From: an uncultured Verrucomicrobiae bacterium
GTDB lineage: Bacteria > Verrucomicrobiota > Verrucomicrobiia > Opitutales > JABDGR01
Direction: 5' to 3'
DNA: 64,000 nt
Assembly (NCBI GenBank): GCA_963765205.1
Contig: CAVXVB010000009.1
Location: 1,216,001-1,280,000 of the forward strand
Below are positions 17,484 through 28,749 of the stretch, piece by piece. The notes below the pieces were generated by a model. It made no database searches. It had not been told where the DNA came from and saw only the letters and a program-made list of their open reading frames with translations. How positions within the stretch are numbered: position 1 is the first letter of the stretch; each line of letters begins with the position of its first letter. The position numbers were made by a program, and so were the translations under genes.

Positions 17484-20437
17484 ATGTCTAGCCTTGGTAA
17501 ACCCCACCAAGCAATGCGGAAACTGGTGCGCCGTAAAAAGCCGCCGTTCCGACGCTTGGGTATCGCCTTAACGACCCTCGGCTTGGGGATGCTGGCTTGC
17601 ACCATGCCCCAAGGTAATACGGGCTCGTCGAAGTCCTCGAAATTGACGCCGCCGGTGGCACCGCCTCTGGCGCTGAATTTTGCGGAATTCCAAAAAACGG
17701 TACAGCCCTTTTTTGCCGCGCACTGCTACGAATGCCACGGCCCGGACGACTCGGAGTCGGGCGTGCGCCTGGATTTGTTCAACAGCGACAGCGATTTGGC
17801 CAAAGGCATGCCGACTTTTGAGCGCGCGCTCAAGATGCTGACCGCGCGCAAGATGCCGCCCAAAGACGAGGCGCGGCCGACGGAGAATGAGTATCACACG
17901 GCCACGGCGTGGATAGACGCCTATACGACGAAGTTTTACATGAGCGGGCCGATTGACCCGGGCCGTGTCACCCTGCACCGGCTCAACCGCGCTGAATATA
18001 ATAATACCATACGCGATTTGCTGGCGCTGGATTATAATCCCGCCGATGCCTTTCCGGTGGATGACGCCGGTTATGGCTTCGACAACAATGGCGACGTGTT
18101 GTCCATTGCGCCGGTTTTGCTGGAGAAATACATTACGGCCGCCTCGACGTCCCTCAAGAAGGCGTTATTCGCCGAACCGGTGCTGCCGCCGCCGATCAAG
18201 CAGTTTGACGGCGCGACAGCCGAGGGAGATTTCCCGAAATCCGACCCGAAGGCGGTGGTGGCGGGGCGCGGAGGCAGTGGTGGACGCGCGCCGCCCAATC
18301 CAGTGGGCCGGGTTTTTGAATATTATGGCAATGTCTATACCGACTACGATTTCCCGGTGGACGGCGATTACATCTTCAGTTTCCGCGGCTATGGTCTCCA
18401 AGGCAACGATGGCCCGGCGAAGGCGTCCTTCTACGTGGACACCCAGCCAGTCGGCAAGGCGCCGTTTTCCATCAATACCGGAATAGACAATGCCAAGGTG
18501 GTGGCGACGGATCCTGTTCACGTCACCGCCGGCAAGCACCGCATCTACCTTTCTTTCCGCAGCAATACGACGAAGGAGCAATACCTGGCGGCGCTGGATG
18601 CCAAAAAGGCGGCAGATGCCGCTGCGGCCGCTGCGAAAACGGCAGATACCACGGCCGCCCCGGTGGCAGCCACGTCCGGAGCGACCGCGCCGGTAGCGGC
18701 AACAACGGCCCCGGCCGCCGCCGCACCCGCGGCTTCGTCGCCGGTGGCAGCGAATGATGCAGCGCCGAAAGCAACCGATTCCACAGCGGTTGCAACAGCA
18801 CAGCCCGCAGCTTCGACTCCGACCCCGGCAGGCAATTCGGGGGCGGCGGCGCTCGCGGCGGCCGTCAACAACCCCGCGGCGACGGCCGGCAGTGTGGTCG
18901 CCGCCGCCGGCACCGGAGCCCGTGGCGCAGCCCCGGCTGGTTCGGCGGGAACGGTGCGCAATATCCCCCCCGGAGGCCGCCCCCCGCCACCGAAATCCAT
19001 CACGGGAAATGCGACCCTGGCAGTGATCTTTTTTTCGGTGGAAGGGCCGGAGGCGCCGACGCCCGACCGGATGCCGGAAAGCTACCATCGCATCATGGTG
19101 GCGCAACCTTCCGCCACGGTGACCAAGGCCCAGGCGGCGGAAAAAATCATCCGCAATTTCGCCACCCGCGCGTTCCGGCGGCCGGCCACGGAGGAGGAAG
19201 TGAAGTCGCTGATGGACCTCTATGCGTCGGTGGACGCGCCGGATCGCTCCCTGGAAGACGACATGAGCGTGGTTTTGCAGGCGGTGCTGACGAATCCGAA
19301 TTTTCTCTTCCGCGTCGAGCAGGACCCGCAACCGGGCGAGCCGGGGAACGTCCACACGCTCAACGAATATGAGTTGGCCTCGCGCCTTTCGTATTTCATT
19401 TGGAGTTCCATGCCGGACGACGAGTTATTTGCGCTTGCGGCCAAGGGCCAGTTGCGCGCCCACCTTGACGCGCAAATCGAGCGCATGCTCAAAAGCCCGA
19501 AATCGCAGGCGCTGGTGGATAACTTTGCCGGGCAGTGGCTGCGGCTGCGGCAGGTGCAAAACGTCAGTCCCGACCCGACCTTGTATCCCGCCTTTGACCC
19601 CGAGCTGCGCGAGTCCATGCTTAAGGAAACTCAGTTGTTTTTCTCGAGCATCAAGGACGAAGATCGCAACGTGCTCGATTTCATCAACGCCAACTACAGC
19701 TTCGTCAACGAGCGGCTGGCGAAGTTCTACGGGATCCCCGGCATTACTGGCGATGCGTTCCAGCGCGTCACCTTCCCGCCGGATTCGCCGCGGGGGGGGT
19801 AATCACCCAGGCGAGCGTGTTGACCATCACGTCGTATAACAGCCGCACGTCCCCGGTGCAGCGCGGCAAATGGGTGCTAGAAAACCTGCTGGACGCCGCG
19901 CCCCCGCCACCCCCGCCCAATGTGCCCGTGCTGGATAATGAAAAGCAGCTCACCGGCACCCTGCGCCAGCAAATGGAACAGCATCGCGCCAACCCCACCT
20001 GCGCCGCGTGCCACGAGCGGATGGACGCCATCGGCTTTAGCCTGGAAAACTTTGACGCCATCGGCCAGTGGCGCACAGTGGATGGCACCAAGACACCGAT
20101 TGACGCCTCCGGCACCCTGCCCGACGGCACAACCTTCAATGGAGCGAAGCAACTGAAGCAGATTCTGGTCTTGCAAAAAGACCAATTTTGCCATTGTCTG
20201 GCAGACAAACTGCTTATCTATGCCCTCGGGCGTGGGACGGAGCCCTCGGACAAGCGCACTCTGGACAACATCGTCACCGAAATGCAAAAACATGGCGACA
20301 AGTTTTCCGACCTGGTGAAGGCCGTCGCCCACAGCGATGCCTTCCAAAAACGCCGCGGCCCCGAGGCAGACACCACCGCGCAAACGGCCGATATTTCAAA
20401 AAGTGGAGACCACCCCAAACCTGGAGACAAATCATGA
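17484..20437 (+). CDS. DUF1592/DUF1588 (PSD/PSCyt) cytochrome c-type multidomain protein, frameshifted at G8 tract 19792-19799
   Basis: CYECH, RLNRAEYNNTIRDL, ELASRLSYFIWSSMPD, then RTSPVQRGKWVLENLL and CAACH in the next frame; one more G restores SPRGGVITQASVL; start uncertain. Confidence 0.85.
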
Positions 20438-21825
20438 ATACCACCCTCCTATCCCGCCGGACCGTATTGCGCGGACTCGGCACAGCCATGGCCCTGCCGT
20501 TCCTCGAATCCCTGCTACCCACCCGCGCCTTTGGCGCGATCTCCAGTGCAGCGGTGGCCCAAGCCGCCGCCGGACCACGCCGCCTGGCGTGGCTGTATGT
20601 CCCCAACGGCATTGACATGCAGAACTGGACGCCCGCGACTTTTGGCACCGATTATGCATTGACGCCCACGCTGAGCGGCCTCGCGGCCTACCGGGAAAAG
20701 ATGCTCGTCATCAGCGGGCTGGTTTGCGACAAGGCGAACCAAAATGGCGACGGGCCGGGCGACCACGCCCGCGCGCAGTCCGCGTATCTGACCGGTTGCC
20801 AGCCCCGCAAAGCCGAGGGCGCCGGCATCAAGGCAGGCCTTTCCGCCGACCAGGCCGCCGCGGACCGCATTGGGCACCTGACCAAATTTGCCTCGCTGGA
20901 ACTGGGCGTCGAAGAAGGCCGGCAGGTTGGCACATGCGACAACGGCTACAGCTGCGCCTATTCGCACAACCTTTCCTGGCACAACGAAAAAACGCCCATG
21001 GTCAAGGATTGCAACCCGCAGTCCGTGTTCGACCGGCTTTTTTCCAACAACGACCCCCGCGAAACGGCGGAAGCGCGCGCCCGGCGCGAAGCAGACAACA
21101 AAAGCGTTTTGGACAATATCCTCAACAACGCCAACCGCGTGCAAAAGCAACTCACCTCAACCGACAAGGACAAACTGGATGAGTATTTGACCGCGGTGCG
21201 GGAAATTGAGCTGCGCATCCAACGCGCGGCCACTGAAGCGCCCCCGAAATTGCCCGACGGCGCGGTGCGCCCCGAGGTCACGCCCTCGTCCGACAAGGAC
21301 AGCGTGATCAATAACAACACGAATTACCCAACCCATGCGAAGTTGATATTGGACATGATGGTGCTGGCCTTCCAGGCCGACCTGACGCGCGTCATCACCC
21401 TCCCCTTCGCCGACGAAGGCAGCAACCAACAATATCCCTGGGCCGATGCCGACGTGCCGCACCACGGCACCTCGCACCATGGCGGGGACCCGAAAAAGAT
21501 GGCGTTGCTGCAAAAGATCAACGCCTTCCACGTTTCGCACGCGGCCTACCTGCTCCAAAAACTGGACTCGATCCAGGAGGGCAACGGCTCGATTCTCGAC
21601 AACTCCCTGATCGCGTATGGCGGCGGCATCAGCGATGGCAACCGGCACAATCATGACGTGCTGCCGCTGGTCCTCTTTGGCAAGGGTGGCGGAACGATCA
21701 ACACCGGGCGCCACATGGATGCCAAGGGCACGCCCATCAACAATCTGTGGCTTTCGATGCTCGACCACGCCGGCGCTTCGGATGACAAACTCGGCGACAG
21801 CACGGGCAAATTGAAGCTTACCTAA
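20434..21825 (+). CDS. DUF1552 (HXXSHH) family protein with Tat-like leader
   Basis: LSRRTVLRG.G..MALPFLE, YVPNG, CDNGYSCAY, HHGTSHH, DGNRHNH; ATGA overlap with upstream gene. Confidence 0.9.
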   Translation: MNTTLLSRRTVLRGLGTAMALPFLESLLPTRAFGAISSAAVAQAAAGPRRLAWLYVPNGIDMQNWTPATFGTDYALTPTLSGLAAYREKMLVISGLVCDKANQNGDGPGDHARAQSAYLTGCQPRKAEGAGIKAGLSADQAAADRIGHLTKFASLELGVEEGRQVGTCDNGYSCAYSHNLSWHNEKTPMVKDCNPQSVFDRLFSNNDPRETAEARARREADNKSVLDNILNNANRVQKQLTSTDKDKLDEYLTAVREIELRIQRAATEAPPKLPDGAVRPEVTPSSDKDSVINNNTNYPTHAKLILDMMVLAFQADLTRVITLPFADEGSNQQYPWADADVPHHGTSHHGGDPKKMALLQKINAFHVSHAAYLLQKLDSIQEGNGSILDNSLIAYGGGISDGNRHNHDVLPLVLFGKGGGTINTGRHMDAKGTPINNLWLSMLDHAGASDDKLGDSTGKLKLT

Positions 21826-21864
21826 AAGACGGCGCAGGCTGGTTATGGCCGGGTTTGCGATGGC

Positions 21865-23034
21865 ATGAAAACCGTCTTTCTATTCTTGTTCGCGCTGGCG
21901 GCGATGCCTCTGCGCGGCCAGACGCCGGCGGCAATGGTTTCGCCCGTGGTGCATCCGGATCACACGGTCACCTTTCGCATCGCGGCGCCGCAGGCCTCCG
22001 CAGTGACCTTAACAGCCGACTGGCAATGGCAAACCGGCGCACAACCCCTGGAAAAGGGGGAGAACGGGGTCTGGAGCCTGACGGTCGGCCCGTTGGCCCC
22101 AGCCATTTACATTTATTCGTTCACCGTGGATGGCATCGCGATGGCCGACCCTGGCAATCCGCGCATCAAACTCCGGGATCGTGGTTCGGCCAGCTTGGTG
22201 GAGGTGCCGGCCGACCCACCGGCGCTCTGGCAATTGCGCGACATGCCGCACGGCAGCGTGGAGACCGTCTGGCATAAATCCATGGTGCTTGATGGCGAAA
22301 CCCGCTCGCTGGTGGTTTACACGCCGCCCGGCTATGCCGCAGAGCGCAACCGGCGCTACCCGGTGCTCTACCTGCTGCACGGCTCGAATGACACGCAGTT
22401 TGGCTGGACGGCGGTCGGCCAGGTGAACTTCATGCTCGACAACCTGGTGGCCGAAAACAAGGCGGCGCCCATGATCATCGTCATGCCCTTTGGTTACGCC
22501 GTGCCCTATGGGACGACGAGACCCGGCGTCAACAATACCGCCTTGTTCGAAAAATACCTGCTCCAGGATATCATGCCCATGGTCGACGACCAGTATCGCA
22601 CCATTCCCGACCGGGACCATCGCGCGGTCGCGGGCATGTCCATGGGCGCGGAACAGGCCCTGGCCATATTTTTCGACCACCTGGAGCAATTCAGCGCCGT
22701 CGGCGCGTTGTGCCCGAACGGTTTCCGCGCCATGGAGTCCCAGTATCCCGCGCTGCTCAATGATCCAAAGGGGACGAATGCCAAAATCGCGGTATTGTGG
22801 CTGGGCTGCGGGCGACAGGATACCAATTTTGCCGGCTCCGAACGGCTTGATCAAGTTCTCACGGCCCACCAAATCAACCACATCTGGAACCCGACCGAGG
22901 GGGTGCATAATTACGCGATCTGGCAGCAATACATGGCGGAGTTTTTCCCGCGGCTGTTTCGCGCAAGCCCGGCGGTGGCGAAGCAACCTTCCCCACCGGC
23001 CATGCCTCTCGGCCCGCCATCCAAAGGTGGGTAG
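21865..23034 (+). CDS. Secreted esterase (CE1/enterochelin esterase-like) with N-terminal Ig-like domain
   Basis: VYTPPGY, YPVLYLLHG, G-M-S-M-G nucleophile elbow, GVHNY. Confidence 0.88.
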   Translation: MKTVFLFLFALAAMPLRGQTPAAMVSPVVHPDHTVTFRIAAPQASAVTLTADWQWQTGAQPLEKGENGVWSLTVGPLAPAIYIYSFTVDGIAMADPGNPRIKLRDRGSASLVEVPADPPALWQLRDMPHGSVETVWHKSMVLDGETRSLVVYTPPGYAAERNRRYPVLYLLHGSNDTQFGWTAVGQVNFMLDNLVAENKAAPMIIVMPFGYAVPYGTTRPGVNNTALFEKYLLQDIMPMVDDQYRTIPDRDHRAVAGMSMGAEQALAIFFDHLEQFSAVGALCPNGFRAMESQYPALLNDPKGTNAKIAVLWLGCGRQDTNFAGSERLDQVLTAHQINHIWNPTEGVHNYAIWQQYMAEFFPRLFRASPAVAKQPSPPAMPLGPPSKGG

Positions 23035-23062
23035 GCATGGAAAAGCCTGGGAGCCGCCACAC

Positions 23063-23896
23063 CTAGTTTTCGCAAGCGTAGTTGGGCTTGAAAAATACGT
23101 GGTAAATACCGCCACCGCACCAACCGCCGAACAGGGGCGCGGCAATATACACGGTGAGCCAGCCGCTGCCATTGGTGGTAAACGGCACGGCACCCCACCC
23201 TACCAGCGCGCTGAACACGCGTGGCGCAAAGTCGCGTGCGGGGTTGAAACAGGCCATGGTCAGCGGGCCAAAAAGTGAAATGAGCAGGGTGATGGTCAGC
23301 CCGATGGCCAGCGGGACCAGGAGGGCGGGGCGCGCGCGGTTGCGTTCGTCCGTCACGCCGAGAATCACCAGCAGTAGAATCGCCGTGCCGGACATCTCGG
23401 TCAAGAACGCCGCGGGCCAGGCAATCACGGCGGGGCCGAGGGGTGACAGGGGCCGGCCACCGGGATTGGGAAAGTATTCGCCGAAAATCATCGCGGAGGC
23501 TTCGCTGCCGGGTGCGCCGCGGGTGATGCCGTGCGCGGTTTCAAAGGCGGTCAAGGCGCCGGCATAAAGGACATACAGCAGCGCGCTGGCGGCCAGCGCG
23601 CCAAACATTTGCGCCACAATGTAACCCGGAACTTTCTTCCAGGGAAAATCATTCCACGCGGCCAGCGCGGTCGTCACGGCCGGGTTCAAATGCGCGCCGC
23701 TGAGACCGCCGGTGAGGTGGATGGCGATGGCGATGCCCAACCCCCAAACAATGGCGACTTGAAAAATTCCCACCTGTGCGTTGAGCAGCACGGCGGCGGC
23801 CACGCTCCCACAGCCGAAAAAGACGAGCAGGAACGTGCCGAAGAATTCGCCCACGGCCCACGCCGGCGGCGGCCATGGAAGGGAAAATGTTTTCAA
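23063..23896 (-). CDS. MIP-family aquaglyceroporin, probable arsenite channel
   Basis: SGAHLNPAVT and NPARD motifs; last gene of arsR-arsC unit. Confidence 0.9.
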   Translation of the reverse strand: MKTFSLPWPPPAWAVGEFFGTFLLVFFGCGSVAAAVLLNAQVGIFQVAIVWGLGIAIAIHLTGGLSGAHLNPAVTTALAAWNDFPWKKVPGYIVAQMFGALAASALLYVLYAGALTAFETAHGITRGAPGSEASAMIFGEYFPNPGGRPLSPLGPAVIAWPAAFLTEMSGTAILLLVILGVTDERNRARPALLVPLAIGLTITLLISLFGPLTMACFNPARDFAPRVFSALVGWGAVPFTTNGSGWLTVYIAAPLFGGWCGGGIYHVFFKPNYACEN

Positions 23897-24402
23897 TGGG
23901 CCAATTGTGCGGCACCGGCGAGTTTAAATTGACCACCGATCTCAGCCAATTTCAGCGCGGTGAGTTTCTCCTCTGGCAGCGCGCAGAATAATTCAATGCG
24001 CCGGTTGATTTGCGAGGCGACGTTGATAAAAACCCGCTGTTTTTCCTCCTCCGTGCCCTCGGCCGCCGCCGGGTCGGGCGAACCCCAATGCGCGATGACG
24101 GGCTGGCCAGGCCAGAGAGGGCAGGACTCGCGCGCGTGGTCGCAAACGGTGATGACGAAGCCGAATTTCACCGCGCGAAACTCGTCCCACGACTTGCTGC
24201 GGGCCGCGCTGGCGTCGATCAGGTATTTTTTCTTGAGCACCCAGATGGCGAGCGGATGGACGCGGCCCGTGGGATGCGCGCCGGCGCTGTAGGTTTCGAA
24301 ACGTTGGCCGCCTTTGGCGCGGAGGAGGTATTCGGCGATAATGCTGCGCGCGGAATTGCCCGTGCACAGGAAGAGGACTTTTTTGGGGGATGGGGAGGAC
24401 AT
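23893..24402 (-). CDS. arsC: Arsenate reductase, LMW-PTPase/thioredoxin type
   Basis: FLCTGNSARS, ITVCD.A.ESCP, HWGSPDP. Confidence 0.9.
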   Translation of the reverse strand: MSSPSPKKVLFLCTGNSARSIIAEYLLRAKGGQRFETYSAGAHPTGRVHPLAIWVLKKKYLIDASAARSKSWDEFRAVKFGFVITVCDHARESCPLWPGQPVIAHWGSPDPAAAEGTEEEKQRVFINVASQINRRIELFCALPEEKLTALKLAEIGGQFKLAGAAQLAH

Positions 24403-24411
24403 GGGAAGTTT

Positions 24412-24804
24412 TTAGCAGGCACAGGCAGTTGGCGAGCGCGTCCTGGTGCGGAGGGACGCCGAGCGGGGGTTGGTGCGCACGAAGCGGTCACGCATTTTAT
24501 TCAGTTTGGCGGTGTCGGTGCGAAAAGTGGCGTCTTCCGTCGTGCAATCTTGGAGGCAGCGCAGGTTGGCCGTGAGGGCGGGCGAACGGCGCGCGGGCAG
24601 ACGGTAAATCCGCCAATTGCCGGCCTTGCGCGACTCGACCATCCCGCGGGCCTTGAGATAGCGCAGGTGCTTGGACACCTTGACCTGCGGCTCGCGGAGG
24701 ATGGCCTGGAGGTGGCACACGCAGAGCGGGCCGTGCCGCAATAGATTGAGGAGGCGCAAGCGCGTGCGGTCGCAGAGGCACTGGTAGATGCGGACAAGCT
24801 GCAT
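24412..24804 (-). CDS. arsR: ArsR/SmtB-family metalloregulator
   Basis: L.DRTRLRLL.LL, LCVCHL, QVKVSKHLRYLK. Confidence 0.88.
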   Translation of the reverse strand: MQLVRIYQCLCDRTRLRLLNLLRHGPLCVCHLQAILREPQVKVSKHLRYLKARGMVESRKAGNWRIYRLPARRSPALTANLRCLQDCTTEDATFRTDTAKLNKMRDRFVRTNPRSASLRTRTRSPTACAC

Positions 24805-24840
24805 TGCATTACTATATACCCCTAAAGGAATATATTTCAA
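24805..24840 (-). promoter_or_regulatory. ars promoter (TTGAAA-N18-TATAGT-N6-ATG) overlapped by imperfect palindrome, probable ArsR operator
   Basis: ATATA-cc-CCT-aa-AGG-aa-TATAT at 24814-24835. Confidence 0.65.
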
Positions 24841-25056
24841 GAAAAATTACGGGGTCAATTGGGTTACGTTTATCCGCCGGGTTAGGGCCCGGTTCGGTGG
24901 TGGGCGTTTGTTTAGCGGCTTTCGACCAACGGGCTTTAAACTCAGATTTAACGCCCCCCCATTTGACATTGTTTTGGTTGGAATCCATGCCAATGGGTGC
25001 GTTCTAAAATTGTTGTTTTATTGGAAAAACAAGACATAAAGGCGTCTCCTTCTCCC

Positions 25057-26203
25057 ATGCTCCTTGCTCCCGAAGTCCGCACACAGCTCGACGAACTCCA
25101 CCGCCGGGCGGGTTACCTGTGGAGGTTTCTTTGACGTTGAGGAAAAGCAGCGCGCCTTCGCCGCCCTCGAGGCCAAAATGGCGGCCCATGGTTTTTGGGA
25201 TCGTCCGGAGGACGCCCGCGCCGTCATCGCCGAAGCCAACCGGCTAAAGAACATTTACACGCCCGTCGCCGCCTTCCGCAAGCGGCTCGACGATTTGCAG
25301 GCGATGGTGGACCTGATCCAGGAGGGCGAGGAGAAGGACGTCGCCGACTACGTCAAGGAAGCCGCCGCCACCGCGACAACGATGCTCGCGGACATGGACA
25401 AGCTCGAAATCGAGTCCTTCCTCACCGGGCCGCACGACAAGTCCAACGCCATCATCACGGTCCATGCCGGCGCGGGCGGCACCGAGTCGTGCGACTGGGC
25501 GGAAATGCTGCTGCGCACCTACACACGCTGGGCCGAGCGCCGCGGCTTTCAGGTCGAGATCGAAGACCTCATGCCGGGTGAGGAAGCCGGGCTGTCGCGC
25601 GCGACGTTCCGGGTCATCGGCCCCTACGCCTACGGCTACGCGAAGGCCGAGCGCGGCGTCCACCGCCTCGTGCGCATCAGCCCCTTCGACGCCAACAAGC
25701 GCCGCCACACGTCGTTCGCCTCGGTGGATGTCGTGGCCGAACTCGACGACGACGTGGCCATCGAAATTCCCGAGAGCGACCTGCGCATTGACACCTACCG
25801 CTCGAGCGGCAAAGGCGGCCAGCACGTCAACAAAACCGAATCGGCGATCCGCATCACGCACATCCCCACCAACCTCGTCGTCACCTGCCAGACGGAGCGC
25901 TCGCAGCACAAGAACAAGGACCGCGCGATGAAGACGCTCAAGTCGCGCCTCTATGAAAAAATCCAGGACGAAAAGCGCGCGGAGATGGAGCGTTTCTACG
26001 GCGAGAAGGGCGACATCGGCTGGGGCCACCAAATCCGCAGCTACGTTTTCCAGCCCTATCAGTTGGTCAAGGACCTGCGCACGGGCTACGAAACCGGCAA
26101 CGTGCAGGCGGTGATGGACGGCGACCTCGACGGCTTCATCAACGCCTGGCTGCGCGCCGGCTGCCCCCTCAAACGCAACAAGGACGTGAAAATTGAGGAG
26201 TAA
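25057..26203 (+). CDS. prfB: Peptide chain release factor 2 with programmed +1 frameshift
   Basis: MLLAPEV...YLWRFL then CTT TGA C at 25129-25135 preceded by GGAGG; SPF and GGQ motifs downstream. Confidence 0.97.
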
Positions 26204-26240
26204 GGGCGCGCGATCCGACCTCACATGCTAAATCGCCCGC

Positions 26241-26803
26241 TTACTGGGTCAGCGGAATAAATTCCTGGGAGCCGTCGGCGTTGAGGACGATGACGCCGAC
26301 GGGTTTGGCGTTCGAGTCGTAAACTATCCGGCCGGTTTTGCCCGCGATCACGGGAGTGGGTGTATTTTGCGCAGCGGCGGTGGGTGAAGGAGCAACGGGC
26401 GCGGCCTGCGTAGCGGCCGGGGTGGGAGAAGCAGGCGCGGCGGCAACCGGCACAGCTTGTTGAACGGCGGGGGCGGATTGCACCACCACATATTGCGGAG
26501 CGACTTGGGGCGCGTAATAATAAACGGGCGGGGCCTCAGGATACACATACACATTCTGATCAACGCCGTAGACATTGGTATAGGCCAAGCCGCCGATCAG
26601 CCCCAAGCCAAATCCCACGCCCAGCCCGATGCCAAATCTCGGCCCGATAAAACCACGGCCCCCAAAGAAGCCACGATGCACCTGGGCTTCGAGCGGCGTG
26701 GGTAATACACCGGCCATAAACACGGTGCCGCCAGAAGGCCGGCCAGGTGGGCGGACGAGAACAGGCGCCGGAGGCCGCCGAGAAGGGTTTTGAGTGCATT
26801 CAT
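26241..26803 (-). CDS. Secreted Gly/Pro/Ala-rich hypothetical protein, probable 1-nt deletion near 26730
   Basis: ATG 26803 frame gives a signal-like leader that joins ORF 26241..26723 if one base is added. Confidence 0.55.
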
Positions 26804-26980
26804 GGCGTGTAAAAGATTAGGCAGCCTAAGGGCTGCAATGTTCCCCATTTTCTTGAAAAAGTCAAATGAATCAGCACCCCATTCGTGAGTGCTGGCGGCC
26901 TTGGAACGAGCCAGTTTCGTTCTCTCGCTTGCCTTTGTGTTTTCCTTCATCTTTCATCCTGGTGCCCATCCACCACCCCC

Positions 26981-28738
26981 ATGCCCCTCACCCGCCGCCG
27001 GTTTATCAAGCAATCCGCACTCGCCACCGCCGCCACTTGGGCCGCGCCGCGCTTTTGCTCGCGCGCTTCCGCCGCCGCGGTTTCCCTCGGCGCGTCCGTG
27101 CCCATCGTGCCGCCGTCGAGCAACCTACCCATTGCGGCCGGGCCGTTTCAGCCGATATGGGAATCACTGGCCAATTTTCAGACGCCGGACTGGTTTCGCG
27201 ACGCCAAATTCGGCATCTGGGCCCACTGGGGGCCGCAGTGCCAGCCGGAGCAGGGCGATTGGTATGCGCGCTACATGTATATATCCTCGGAGAGCGCCCG
27301 GGGCCGCCAGCCCGACCCAAATACGGGCAAGCCGGACATTGACTACACCTACCAGGTCAAAAACTACGGCCATCCCTCGAAATTCGGCTTCAAGGATGTC
27401 ATTAATACCTGGAAGGCGGATAAGTGGGACCCCGAGCACCTCCTCGGCCTTTATAAACGCGCGGGCGCGAAATATTTTTGCGCATTGGCCAACCACCACG
27501 ACAACCTCGACCTCTGGAACTCGAAATACCAGCCGTGGAACTCCGTGGCGGTTGGGCCGAAAAAAGACCTGGTCGGCGGCTGGGCCAAGGCGGCCCGCAA
27601 TGCCGGACTACGCTTCGCAGTCAGCTCGCATGCCGCACATTCGTGGATGTGGTATGAGCCTGCGCAAAGCGCCGATGTGGCCGGCCCGCTCGCCGGCGTG
27701 CCCTACGATGGCAAAATGACCAAGGCCGACGGCCAAGGGCTTTGGTGGGAAGGCCTGGACCCGCAGGAGCTTTACGCGCAAAACCACGCCCCCAGCCGGT
27801 CCACCAACACCACCCCCAACTGGGACTGGCCAAACGACGGCAGCGTCGTGCTGCCCGACGCGGCCTACTGCGAAAAATTTTTCCGCCGCACGATTGACCT
27901 CATTGACCAGCACCAACCCGACCTGCTTTATTTCGACGACACCATCCTGCCCCTTTATCCAGTCAGCGACGTGGGCCTGCGCATCGCCGCCCATCTTTAC
28001 AACACAAGCATCGCCAAACATGGCACCCTCGACGCCATCATAACCGGGAAGGTGCTGACCAATGACGTTTACCGTAAGTGCATGGTCTGGGATTATGAAC
28101 GCGGCTCGCCCCTCGACCTGCTGGCGCAACCCTGGCAGACCGACACCTGCATCGGCGACTGGCATTACAAGCGCAGCATCCTTGATGCGCACGGCTACAA
28201 AACCGCCGCGACGGTCGCGCGCACGTTGGTGGACAACGTGAGCAAGAACGGCAACCTCCAGCTCAACATCCCACTGCCCGGCTCCGGCGAACCCGACGCC
28301 GACGAGCTCAAATTCCTTGCCGATTTCACCGCCTGGATGGACATCAACAGCGAAGGCATTTACGCGACGCGCCCGTGGAAAATCTACGGCGAAGGCCCGT
28401 CCACCAAACCCGCCGTCGGCGCCGCGCCCCGCGCCCAAGGCTTTAACGAAGGGAAAACCACCTTCGGCGCGCAGGACATCCGCTTCATGCAGAAAGGCGA
28501 CACGCTCTATGCCTTCGCCTTGGGCTGGCCCGCGGACGGCAAACTCACCATCACGTCCCTGGCCAACGGCTCACGTTTCGCGATGGGACATATCGATCGC
28601 GTCAACCTTCTCGGAATGAGCGAGCCCATAAAATTCACCCGCGACGCCATGGGCCTGAATCTCACGCTACCCGAGCAAAAAGTTGGCGATTATGTTTACG
28701 GCATCAAAATCAGCGGAGGCGGATTGACCGCCGCTTAA
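26981..28738 (+). CDS. Alpha-L-fucosidase (GH29), Tat signal
   Basis: LTRRRFIK, WFRDAKFGIWAHWG, ANHHD, LLYFD, VSKNGNLQLN. Confidence 0.93.
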   Translation: MPLTRRRFIKQSALATAATWAAPRFCSRASAAAVSLGASVPIVPPSSNLPIAAGPFQPIWESLANFQTPDWFRDAKFGIWAHWGPQCQPEQGDWYARYMYISSESARGRQPDPNTGKPDIDYTYQVKNYGHPSKFGFKDVINTWKADKWDPEHLLGLYKRAGAKYFCALANHHDNLDLWNSKYQPWNSVAVGPKKDLVGGWAKAARNAGLRFAVSSHAAHSWMWYEPAQSADVAGPLAGVPYDGKMTKADGQGLWWEGLDPQELYAQNHAPSRSTNTTPNWDWPNDGSVVLPDAAYCEKFFRRTIDLIDQHQPDLLYFDDTILPLYPVSDVGLRIAAHLYNTSIAKHGTLDAIITGKVLTNDVYRKCMVWDYERGSPLDLLAQPWQTDTCIGDWHYKRSILDAHGYKTAATVARTLVDNVSKNGNLQLNIPLPGSGEPDADELKFLADFTAWMDINSEGIYATRPWKIYGEGPSTKPAVGAAPRAQGFNEGKTTFGAQDIRFMQKGDTLYAFALGWPADGKLTITSLANGSRFAMGHIDRVNLLGMSEPIKFTRDAMGLNLTLPEQKVGDYVYGIKISGGGLTAA

Positions 28739-28749
28739 TTATTTCCCCC

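Noticed and set aside
18590..19000. Ala/Pro/Thr-coding stretch as a DNA repeat element
   Set aside because: In-frame low-complexity linker with no fixed nucleotide period
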